Assembly: GCA_003990765.1 (NCBI GenBank)
Contig: RBNJ01000336.1
Coordinates: 1 to 32,766 of the forward strand
Length of the DNA stretch: 32,766 nucleotides
Origin: Jimgerdemannia flammicorona
Taxonomy: Eukaryota
Direction: 5' to 3'
In this document: piece by piece, positions 12,055 to 22,899 of the stretch
Position numbering within the stretch: position 1 is the stretch's first letter
How the letters are laid out: the number at the start of each line of letters is the position of its first letter
The notes under the pieces: generated by a model
Databases searched by the model: none
The model's input: the letters and a program-made list of their open reading frames with translations, nothing else
Told to the model about the DNA's origin: nothing
Program-made: the position numbers and the translations under genes

Positions 12055-14381
12055 TCCAATCTCACTCCTCTGCTATCTTAGTGTTTGATGACGTGGTTGC
12101 TCACTTCACCACTATCTTCAGATAACTGAACATCTCTCTCTGCCTCAATGACTCTGAGGACATCTTCCCCCTTGGCATGGAGACCCTTAGACTGCAGAGT
12201 TGGTTTGACCAGCCTGTGGTTTGGAGGGCCATCTATAGCTACCCCCTCTCTAAGGTCTGTGGGGCTGACTCCTTGTACATCCGGATCCTTTGGGTGATGG
12301 TGGGCAAGAAGGATGCTCCCTGTAGCCTGTCCAAAGCCTTGTCATTTTTCTTCCAGATGTGTGTGGTATGGAGGCTCACTCTCTGCTGCTAAAACTCTGC
12401 CATCATTACCCCAATTCCCAAAAAGGAGGAATTCTGGACCATCAATGGTTTCTGCCCTATCACTCTTACTGAAATGTTTCATAGACTCTTTGAGCAGTGT
12501 TTAAAAGGTTATGTGAAGAGCTAAAGTGGCCTGACAGAAATATCTTGCTGCCAAGGGGGCTTCTGAACCCGCTTCTCATCCCTCTCCCATGTCTTGCTTT
12601 TGCATAAGATATGGGCTAAGGGATGGAGCTGCCATGTCTTTCTTGATCTCCAGTAGGCATATGATAGAGTCCCCCTTAAGCTTATTCTATCCCAACTTGA
12701 GATGCAAGGAGCTGATGCAGCCCTCCTTAGCATTATCCATAGTCTGTCCAATCACTGTCCCTATCAGGTGGTTGTTAATGGCCTCATCACCCCCCTGGTC
12801 CCTACTTAGTGTGGCCTCTTCCAAGGCTCCCTCCTCTTCCCCTGGCTCTTTGATATCTTTATCAACCCTCTTGCCATCTCCTTTGATGAACAGTTTAAGG
12901 AGTATGACTTTTCCCTCAGGCTCTTCATTGCTGATGATATCACCCTCACCCCCTGTACTGCTGCAGAAGGGCAGAGGATGATTGACTTCTGTGAGGATTG
13001 GCTTCTGATGAACAGTATGGAACTCAACCCCAAAAAGTGCGGTTATGTTGGCCCGGCTGACTATACCATGCAGATTGAGGGAAGGCCCTGCCCGTGACCC
13101 CCCTCCTACATATACCTGAGTATACTATATACTAACAAAGGGCTTGACTTTGTCAGCCTTGTGTTATAGAATGCGGTGAAGACAGAATCAACTCTTGGGT
13201 TCTGCCATGCCTGTGGTCCCCTCTGGTCGCCAATGGTCAAGCTGGCCATCATATATATATTCATTAGGCCTCAGCTGGAGTATGGCCTTCCCCTTCTACA
13301 AGCCTCCTGCCTGACTACTACTATGGAGCTTCAGGTGTTGAAGCATCCCATGCAGGTCTTTGATGATGCTATTGCTTAAGCAGTCAGATTTTCTAGCTGT
13401 CCCTTGCTTGGCAGCTCTATTCTCAGCCTCTCTACCTTCCTTTGTTAAACATCAGACCTCTGCTGCATGTTCCAAGCCTATCGGGATTGGTGTAGCAAGT
13501 CTGGCAACAATCCCATTGACCCCCTTAGCAAGTGCTTTGTCATGCATCCACTGGGTTCTATCATTGACAAGTTCTGGCATTGGACCTCTTGGCTTGACTT
13601 CCCTGACTGGTACAGGGACCTTCGTCCCTAGGTCTGCAAGACTCGCTTGTTCTGCTCCTTCTCTCCCTGACTTGTGCACTCTGCCCTCACCTGGTGCTAT
13701 GGCTACTTTGGCCAACTCTGCCCCTACTCCTATAGAGATAAGTTTCACCATAGACATCTTTCAGGTGCAGTCTTCTTGACAGTTCATATTCTTCATTCCA
13801 AGGTACTTCTGATCAAGATGCTCAACTTGATTGGTTTACCAGTGATGAATGGCAGGAAGAACTTCATGCCTACCCTCTTCATGCTCTTTACGAGGCAGCC
13901 TACCATGCTATCAATACTATGTATATCTCTGGTGGCCACCTCATGGTCGGGTTCTGCCTGACTGAGATTATGAAGATACTTGGGTGATTGAGTGATCACA
14001 CATTTTCTTTATTTTCTTCTTTTCCCTCATTCGCCTCAGTTGGTTCCCTTGTTGTTGAGAATGCATTGAGTTATTTATCTCATGTTAGTTATTAAGTGTT
14101 TGGGTGTCAATACAGTTCCTGTAGTTGGTGCTAGGTATTTGTGTATTTTACTTAGTTTCTCTCTTCTTTGCTTTTCCACATTTATTATCTCTATGGCTGT
14201 GACAAAATAGTTTTATCCAGTCTATCCATAGGGTGGTCACCTCTCTGGACTTTGTTTTTGTACTTCCTAGCTAGTTGTTTACTTTGCTAGCCTTCTTTTG
14301 CTTTTCTCATCTTAGGAGTCTTTATCATTTGTTACTCTAATGTACCTTGTCTTCTCTACAATGAATAAATCTTACTTGAAG

Positions 14382-14397
14382 CCTAACTCTAATCTTA
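14382..14397 (+). repeat. Degenerate telomere-type repeat (cctaa ctctaa tctta) at the B2/B3 junction
   Basis: Differs from cctaa ccctaa cccta only by C->T changes. Confidence 0.7.
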
Positions 14398-14609
14398 GCC
14401 ACTCACATGATTTCCCCATTTTGCTAGACTCGGCTTTATGGCCCAAAGCTATTCCAAATTAAGAAAGCAGCCACTTGATTAGCTAAGCCTCTCATTGGGT
14501 ATAAATATCCCCCTTCTCTATTATTTTTTTGTTGCACAAACAAAGGTCATGTGACCCACATTTCACAATTTCACAAATACAAACAAATACATCTCTGCTT
14601 ATTTTGACA

Positions 14610-16107
14610 ATGTTGGCCACCTTCTCTATCATTGGTGATGATGGCAATACCACCTGTCTCTTCATACACTTCAGTGCCTCACTCTGCTGCACAGAATGTC
14701 ACAGCATTGGTCTTCTTTCCCTTGACTTCAGTAAGGGTAGCCTTATAGTGATGTGTATATTATACAGGGATGTATGACTGATATCGGCATATTTATCTTC
14801 CCTGTGTGATGCAGAAGATGATGACGAGATCGTGATCTCTTCCAATTTGGACCATAATGCCCAGTGCCCTCCCTTCTCTCCCATGCCCCCACCCCTCAAT
14901 CAGAATAAGTACAGTCATCTGAACACTAGTTTGGACATGACTCTAACTGCCAGTCATGTGGGCCCCTCAGCTGATCCCGATCTGGTCACAGAGATGGCCG
15001 CAATGAGGAAGCAGATCTCGGATCTGCTGACTCAAGTGGCTGAACTGGCCAAGATCAATATCCAGCTAATGGTACAGCTTGCTGCACAATCTGCGCCCAT
15101 GGCCCCCTCATCATCTGGTACTCCTTCAGGAAGTACCTCTGCCACCCCTTCCACATCTGCCCCCCCCAAGTCCTTGGCCCCCCCTCCTACTGGTCCTGCC
15201 ATAAATATGTGGTTGATGGCCCAGAAGCAAGTAGACAAGCAGGCCACTAAACCTGCTGCATTGCAGTCTGGTGCACTGCCAAAGGAGGTAACTCCCAAGG
15301 CCACACCTCTGGCTGCCAAAGCTATGCCCCCTAAAAAGGGCAAGACTAAGGCCTCCAGGCCAGTGCCCCAGGTTATGCCTGTGGGACCCAGTGTCACTGG
15401 CCTATCTTTGTCCTCCGCTTCAACCCCCACTCCCCCAAAATCATATATCGCTGCTGCTAAGAAGGTTTCTATCAAGAATAGGACCCAGACCTACCCTGAG
15501 ATGGAAAGGGCAGCCACCACTGCTGCCCTTTCATGCATGACCTGCAAGCTGACCTCTCATGTCGCCGACTGAGAAGGGTGCCTGGCTGCAGCACATTTAC
15601 TTTGATAGATTTGCCCATCTTAAGATTTGGCAGATCCAGAAGAAGTTGTATGATGTCCATGTGATGTTGTCAAAAGTTCTCAACATATCATATGTCTTGG
15701 TATTGACTATTGAATTCCTTCTTTGCCCTGATTATGTCATGGCATTCCAAAAGAAGATGAAGGTACTCAGGTTCTCAGTGCTGTCAGCCTAGGACTCTGT
15801 ACTCCCCTGCAACAAGAATGCCATGGAGGCCATCAAGGAATGGGTACTCCAATCATTCCATGCTTGGGTCTGGCAGTTGGCTGGCAATGCCAGTGCGAAG
15901 AGGCCTGAGGTATAGACCTTCTACAGAGCTTGGACCATGGAACTCAGCCTCACTCTCCTCTCTTCTACCTCCCCATTGGCCGGCCCTACTTCAAAGACAG
16001 GTGGCACTGTGGCTATGACTGGTATAATGGCGATGGATTTGGAAGCCAAAGCTTCCTTCTCAGGTGCTTCCCACACTATTGGTACTAATATATACAGCCC
16101 ACAGTGA
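14610..16107 (+). pseudogene. Family B ORF1 (copy B3)
   Basis: ATG 14610 is in frame with 14832-15572. N-terminal CTEC motif, coiled-coil segment (MRKQISDLLTQVAELAKINIQL), P/A/S-rich linker, KSYIAAAKK, then a conserved block (LYDVHVMLSKVLNISYV..TIEFL..DY) after a frameshift. Confidence 0.8.
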
Positions 16108-19100
16108 GAGTTGGGTTCCTCAATATACATGGACTACCCCAGAACAAGTTCAATATACTCAGTAAGTTGATTGGTCCTGCTCTCAACATTCTTTTCATAT
16201 GTGAAATGTGGCACATTCTGCTGCATCCCTCTCTGCTCATTCACATGTTCTCCCCTCCAGCATCATACAGGATCGTGGATCACCAGAACAGTGGTCTCAT
16301 GGTCCTTGTGTCAAACTGTTATGCCCCCCTCATTTCCAGATCCTCTGCTGACTCCTTTCATATCTGGCTCATATTCCAGAGCCTGGCTTTGGTTGGGGTT
16401 TACGCCCCACCCTCTCTTCCTATTGGTGGCTTCTGTGATCTTATGTCTGGCCCCTTCCCAGGTAAAGCCCTTTTGATCAGTAACCTCAACACTCATTTCA
16501 GTACCTGCCTTGGTGACATCAACTCTGGTCCTTAGGATTGGATGGATGTCATCAACACCTCTCTGATGATATGGTCATTGAACCACCTGACCCTGGTGGC
16601 TAGCTCTACACATATTTGCCACTGTGTCCCTCCATGTGTCCCTCACCTGCACTACTCCCCCTGTCACTACCGACCACCCCTTCCTCCTCACTGTCTCCTT
16701 TCCCTTCTCCCCCTCACTGGTTGCCACCCCGGCTAGTGTCTGCCGCTACTCTGTAAAGTATCTGACCAATCCAGTTGTTCAAGCTCACCTTTGGGAATCA
16801 GCAGATATCATTTGTGATACCATTGTCAGGTCCATCTACTCTGTCAGGGACCATGTTGCCAGCTTTCAGTCTGTAGAAGATCGCCAGCAGTTTGCAGATT
16901 CCCTCAACACCCTTTTGACCTCTGATCGTCAGTCAGTTTGTGAGAACATCCTTAGCTCATATGACATAAGAGAAATCAGAGCAGCACTGCTCCCTTGGCA
17001 GGACCTTCTTCACAATGTATCTTCAGTCTCTGATGCTATTCATGGCTTCAAGTGTGCATACCACTCCACCCCCCCTGCCCTTCTCTAATCTTGCTCCTCT
17101 GCTGTCTCAGTGTTTGACAATGTGGTTGCTCATTTCACAACTGTCTTTGGTCAACTGAACGCCTCTCTCTGCCTCGATGACTCTGAGGACATCTTTCCCC
17201 TTGGCATGGGGGCTCTTGGACTGCAGGGTTGGTTTGACCAGTCTGTGGTTTGGAGGGCCATCCACAGCTACCCCCTCTCTAAGGCTTATGGTGCTGACTC
17301 CTTGTATGTCCAGATCCTTCAGGTGATGGCAGGTGAGAAGGATGCTCCCTGCAGTCTGTCCAAAGCCTTATCATTCTTCTTCCAGATGTATGTAGTGTGG
17401 GGGCTCACTCCCCACCACTAGAACTCAGCCATCATCACCCCAGTTCCTAAGAAGGAGAAATCTCAGACCATTGATGGATTTCGCCCCATTGCTCTTACCA
17501 AAATGTTTCATAGACTCTTCAAGCAGTGTTTGGAAAGCTATGTCAAGAGCCAAAGTGGCTTGACAGAAATGTCTCACTGCCAAGACAGCTTCTAAACCCG
17601 CTTCTTCTCCCTCTCTCATATCTTTCTTTCGCATGAGATGTGGGCTAAGGGATGGGGCTACCATATCATACTTGACCTCCAGTAGGTGTATGATAGAGTC
17701 CTCCTCAAGTTCATTCTTTCCTGACTTGAGGCGCAAGGTGCTGATGCAGCCCTCCTTAGCATTATCTGAAGCCTGTTCAATCACTGTTCTTATTAGGTAG
17801 TTGTTAATGGCCTCATCATCCCTTTGGTCCCCACTGAGCACAGCCTCTTCCAAGGCTCCCTCCTCTCCCCCTGGCTCTTTGATGTCTTTATCAACCCACT
17901 CGCCACCTCCTTTGATGAACAGTTTAAGGAGTATGACTTTCTCCTCAAGCTCTTCTTTACTGATGATATTGCTCTCACTCCCCATACTGCCGTGGAAGGG
18001 CAGAGGATGGTTGATTTCTGCAAGGACTGGCTTCTGGTGAATGGTATGGAACTCAATCCTAAGAAGTGCAGTTATATTGGCCTCGCCAACTGTACTCTGT
18101 GGATTGGGGGCAAGCTCTGCCCACAACCCCCCTCTTATATATACCTGGGCATACCATACACTAACAAAGGGTTTGACTTTGTCAACCCGGCATTACAGAA
18201 TGTGGCAAAGGCAGAATGAACTCTTGGATTCTGCTATACCTGTGGTTCCCTCTGGTTGCCAATGGTCAAGCTGGCCATCATATGGACATTCATTAGGCCT
18301 CAGCTGGAGTATGGCCTTCCCCTTCTATGAGCCTCCTGCCCAGCCACTATCATGGGGCTTCAGATACTGAAGCATCCCAAGCAGGTCTTTGATAATACTG
18401 TCACTTGAGTGGTCAGATTTTCTGGCTGTCCCTTGCTTGGCAGCTCGATTCTTGGCCTCCCTTCCTTCCTTTGTCATATGTCGGACCTCTGCTGCATGTT
18501 ACAAGCCCATCTGGATTAGTGTAGCAAGTCTGGCAACAACCCTATCAGTCCCCTCAGCAAGCACTTTGTTATACATCTCCTGGGTTCTATCATAGACAAG
18601 TTCTGGCATTGGACCTCTTGGCTTGACTTCCTCGACTGGTACTGGGACCTCTGTCCCCAGGTCCACATGACTTGCTCGCTCCGCTCCTTCCTCCAGTCAT
18701 TTCTCTGGGATCAGCTGCTGCAGAAATGGGCCTCCTCCTCTCAGGCGCTTGTTCGGTATATCACCCCCAAAGGCCACTTGTGGTTGCAGGGTGCCAACCA
18801 TGTCCTCTCCTTCCACTCCCAGCTTGTGCAATCTGCACTTGTCTGGCACTATGGCTACTTTGGCCAACCTTGCCCCTGCCCCTGTAGAGATAAGTTTCAT
18901 CATGGCCATCTCCTCAGGTGTGGTCTTCTCGACAGTTCATATTCCATATTCCGAGATTCTTCTGATTGGGAACAACTCAATTGGTTTACCAATAACAAAT
19001 GGCAGAAAGAACTTCATACCTACCCTCTTCACGCTCTTCACGAGATAGCCTACTATACCATAGATGCTATGTATAATTCTGGTGGCCACCTTGCAGTCAG

Positions 19101-19137
19101 GTTCTGCCTGACTAAGATTATGAAGATGCTTGGGTGA
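16104..19137 (+). pseudogene. Family B ORF2 (copy B3): APE + RT + C-terminal Cys/His finger
   Basis: FLNIHGL, FICEMW, GVYAPPS, TDHP; FRPIALT, LFQGSLLSPWLFDVFI, FFTDDIAL, MELNPKKC, YIYLGIP; CPCPCRDKFHHGHLLRC near 18870-18920. Multiple stops and frameshifts. Confidence 0.92.
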
Positions 19138-19531
19138 TTGAGTAATTACACATTTTCTTTATTTCCTTCTTTCCCCTCATTTGCCTCAGTTGGTTCTCTT
19201 GTTGTTGAGAGTATATTGAGTTATTTATCTCATGTTAGTTGTTTGGTGTTTGGGTATTGATACAGTTCCTGTAGTTGGTGCTGGCCATTTGTGTATTTTA
19301 CTTAGTTTTTCTCTTCTCTGCTTTTCCATATTTATTATCTTTATGGCTGTGACAAAATGGTTTTATCTAGCCCATCTATAAGATGGTCACCTCTCTGGCC
19401 TTTGTCTTGTACTTCTTAGCTAGTTGTTTACTTTGCTGGTCTTATTTTGCTTTCCTCATCTTAGGAGTCTTTGCCATTTGTTACTCTGATGTATCTTATC
19501 TTCTCTACAATGAATAAATCCTTACTTGAAG

Positions 19532-19548
19532 CCTAACCCTAACCCTAA
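19532..19548 (+). repeat. Telomere-type repeat cctaa(ccctaa)2, i.e. TTAGGG on the minus strand
   Basis: Read directly: gaag-cctaaccctaaccctaa-agtcatt. Confidence 0.85.
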
Positions 19549-20272
19549 AGTCATTGATAGTGATATCATTGAAGACTATCTAGATAGCATCTAAATCTGT
19601 AGATAGTCTAGCAGTTATTAGAATAGTTAGATTAGTCTTATATGATATGACTGTGAACTGATGCAGTAGTCAGATAGTCTCTTAATATGTCAGATCAGAC
19701 TTGTACTATGTGACTGCATTCTGACTTAGTAAGGTACTAAGTACTATATCTATATTTAGCATAGTCCAGATAGCCTCCTATTAGTATAAATACTCTTTCT
19801 CCCAGACCTCAGAATCTCAGACTCAAATAAGATAAGTACAATCCTAAATACTTCTCCACAATATTTCTTCACATAACTACTCCTAGTATAGCAATATTAT
19901 AAATATTGAATATACCAATTTAATAACCCACAAATGACTCTTAAGTAAATCTGAACCCCATTAGTTCCCACTCCTAACCATATTATGAAATTTTCTAATT
20001 GGATATTATCTATAGTAATATGCTAATTTAATGAAGCTGGTCTTAGTTTCTTGAACTTCCTGAAATACACAAAATCCTGAACATCTAGAACTAGTCTGAA
20101 AAAGGACTTTGGTTGAGATATCAACCTGATCTTGAAATCAATAAGCATAGAGGACATACTCTATATAAAATTAATCTTGATCTAAAGAAAACAGTCTTTC
20201 AGAATATCCAGAACTTCCAGAAACCTATTCAAGAACTATATAATGGTTACTCTAATAAGTAACCCTCTTACA
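19549..20272 (+). repeat. Putative 5' LTR
   Basis: Non-coding, with TATAAATA near 19785; ends ...ttaca just before a PBS-like motif. No second LTR in the window, so the boundaries are uncertain. Confidence 0.55.
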
Positions 20273-20275
20273 ACT

Positions 20276-20287
20276 TGGTAGTAGTGG
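20276..20287 (+). promoter_or_regulatory. Putative primer-binding site (tggtagtagtgg)
   Basis: TGG-starting motif 3 nt after the ...CA LTR end. Resembles a TGGTAGC (tRNA-Met-type) PBS with a C->T change. Confidence 0.5.
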
Positions 20288-20299
20288 TTTACAATCAAT

Positions 20300-22260
20300 A
20301 TGCTTCTTCACCCTGCTACAAACCTCTATAAGAATTCCTATAAGTTGGTATAAAGTCCAACCTCTGAACTGAAATTTATCCTGAGCCATCTGACAATCTG
20401 AAGAGAATTAAACCTGACATACAAGGACAATTTGACCTCAATATCTGCAATAAGTGAGACAAACTTCATTCAAAGAAAGAAGTACTCCAGTTAAATCAGC
20501 AGATAGGTTAAACTCTATACATCAAACTCCTTGCACTATACCCAGCAAGTCAGAATGAAGAAGGTCTTATAGAAGTCTTCTTTACTTTTCTCAACAAGAG
20601 TTTTGTCAGCTCCACAAATCCAAGTGACCTAGGACAACCAGCAGTGGTCTTTCTAGCCTTAGTTCCTCATGAAGTCCAAGTCTCCATAGCCAAGTGGCTC
20701 AACTTTACTGACTTTCACCACACCAGGACCAAGACTGCATTATACTACTGCTTTCAGAATTGTAAGGCCCACTATATTCTTAAGGAAGAAGCAAGGGAAA
20801 CTCTCTGCCAACAATCTGACTCCAAACCAGAAGCAGGCCAAGCTACAGCTTTATCTGAACCTGAAACTAATACTGAACCAGAACTTGACATTGAATTAAG
20901 TCCTTCCAAAATCAGATATACAACTGATTCTATCTCTTTGATGCTGAGCAAACCCAATTATATGGAGACCAAAGTCAAGAGGAGGAGAAGTATCTCAGTG
21001 AATTTGATCCTAGATATACTACCGAAGGAGATATATCTCCATCAGGACAGAATACACCTACATAGCAACAGATGGCTATTTATCAAGCCCTCACTCCAGA
21101 CCCACAACTACTACTCCAGCAACTTATACAGACTCAAAGAACCCCATCACACTCTGCACCAGTACCTCAAGTAGTACCAGTAACACCACCACCAGTAGTC
21201 CAACTGCCTCTAGCAAACAATATTGCAAACCAACAGATTCTAGATCTCACAGCCCAAATAGCTATAATGGCAGCAACTATTACTACATTAGCTGAACAGA
21301 TCTGATCTACCAAAAATCAAAGCCTATCTACCTTCAATGGTACTACACAAGAAGTCCAAAGCATCATTTATATAGTTGAAACCAACTTTGAAGCCAATCA
21401 ATAGACCAATGAGTGAGTTGCTGACTACCTTCTTATAAATAATCAAGACCACACTCTGGAATAACCCTTTGCTACTACTACAGCCTATGTCTGTTGAGTT
21501 GTTATATTCTTCTGAGGACCCACCAAAGAATGGTAGTGAATCCTTCCTGAAAAACCCCCCCCCATGGGACACTCAACCTGCAGTTGTTGCCCAGAATGCA
21601 GCAAATAATACTCTAGAATATAGAGCCCACCCTGCAGCCCCTGGACTCAATCAGCTCATGATTGCTCAATACTGCAGCAAAACTATGATCACTGAATCTC
21701 AAGTTAAACTCTGTAACATCAAATTTGATATAAGGAATTCAAAACCTTCTATACAAAACTTAAGTCACTTCTGAACACCATTGGCCTAGGATATTGCTGA
21801 TGATGAAGCATGAAATGGTATAAGAGCAGACCCTCTATTCAATGCACTACCTGAATGGCTTATAAGAAAAATCCAAAAATAGGAACACCCAGTTGGTTGT
21901 GATCACCAACAATAATACTAGGCAAGAATCAAGACTATGGTCAAGTGAATCCTAACAGCTGGACCAATTCTGCCCCAAAGACAATTCAACAACAAGGAAA
22001 AGACTTGGACCAAGAAAGAAGAACCCAAGCATGAAGCATCCTGAGCTCCTGCAACATCCACCTCATGGACATCCAGAAATCATAAACCCATCCAGTCAAA
22101 TACCTTTAAGCAACTCACTAAAGGAGAAAGAAATGAACTTCAAAGAAGTAGAGCTTACTTCTATTGCTGAAAGACAGGACACATGGCCAGTGTCTACCCT
22201 AATTGAAAAACCCAAACAGCTATATGAGCAACTGTTACTACTCTGCACTACCTCAATAAC
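20300..22260 (+). pseudogene. gag: gag-like region with degenerate CCHC zinc knuckle
   Basis: 22153-22200 reads AYFYC*KTGHMASVYP, restorable to ACFYCRKTGHMASVCP by transitions alone. Upstream P/Q-rich and coiled-coil segments. Start position uncertain. Confidence 0.7.
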
Positions 22261-22275
22261 CTGACTATCAGAATA

Positions 22276-22681
22276 CTGTACTTTGTCAAGTTAAGGCAAA
22301 CTGCCAAGGTCCCAATCAAAGGAAGTCAAAATGCAGCTGGATATAACCTAAATGCAGCTGAAGAAGCTACAGTTTCCAACCAAGAAGTCAGACAAGTCTA
22401 TACAGGAATCAGCATCCAAATCCCTGAAGAAAATTTCAGAAGAATATACTATTACAGCAGCCTAGCATTGAAAGAACTCTAAGTAGAAGGAGGAGTCATT
22501 GATGAAGATTATATAGGTGAAATTATTGTCCTCATCTGAAACCATATTTGGACACTCTTCAAGATCCCCATTGATTTCTGTATTGCCCAGATCCTATTTG
22601 AAAAAATCTAGTCAACTCTGATAGTCAAGAAAGTCTGAACTACTACCTACTATCTGAGGATCTAAAGGATTTGGCTCATCA
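22276..22681 (+). pseudogene. dut: Trimeric dUTPase domain
   Basis: Manual translation gives AKVPIKGSQNAAGYNL, TGISIQIP, RI...SSLA, GGVIDEDYIGEIIV, IAQILF and *GSKGFGSS: all five dUTPase motifs in order. Confidence 0.92.
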
Positions 22682-22899
22682 ATCAAGGCCTCAGCCCAAT
22701 CTACCATGAATTAAGAAGAACAATTCTATAAGAAAATCAAAGATGGATATGCACCCAGTGGCTAATACCCTCATGGTATTGGAATGTACTCTTCTGAAAT
22801 AATCAATGATTGCTTCTCTTATATCAATGAACTGGCTCAAAGAAGAACCAACAGAAGGAAAGCTCCTATAACCGAAATCACTACTATTGGATCAGACAA

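Larger units (their letters stand above)
10373..13987 (+). pseudogene. Family B ORF2 (copy B2): APE + RT, disrupted and interrupted by 11380-12054
   Basis: APE motifs FLNVH, DIFFIYEPW, VGIYTPPS, LISDIN, CIDHAF, TDHP. RT motifs YPLSKVCGADSL, FLDLQ*AYDRV, GLFQGSL, LFIADDI. Confidence 0.9.
7461..14381 (+). mobile_element. Family B non-LTR retrotransposon copy B2, full length, with two nested insertions
   Basis: Starts gccactcacatgattt, like B3. Colinear with B3 except for insertions 8357-9548 and 11380-12054 and a deletion of about 120 bp near 13660. Confidence 0.92.
14398..19531 (+). mobile_element. Family B non-LTR retrotransposon copy B3, full length (~5.1 kb), uninterrupted but decayed
   Basis: 5' UTR, ORF1, overlapping ORF2 (APE-RT-Cys/His), and a T-rich 3' UTR of about 390 bp with AATAAA near the end. 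No poly(A). Confidence 0.93.

Noticed and set aside
17425..18126. 233-aa minus-strand ORF
   Set aside because: Antisense to the B3 RT and not kept open in B2.
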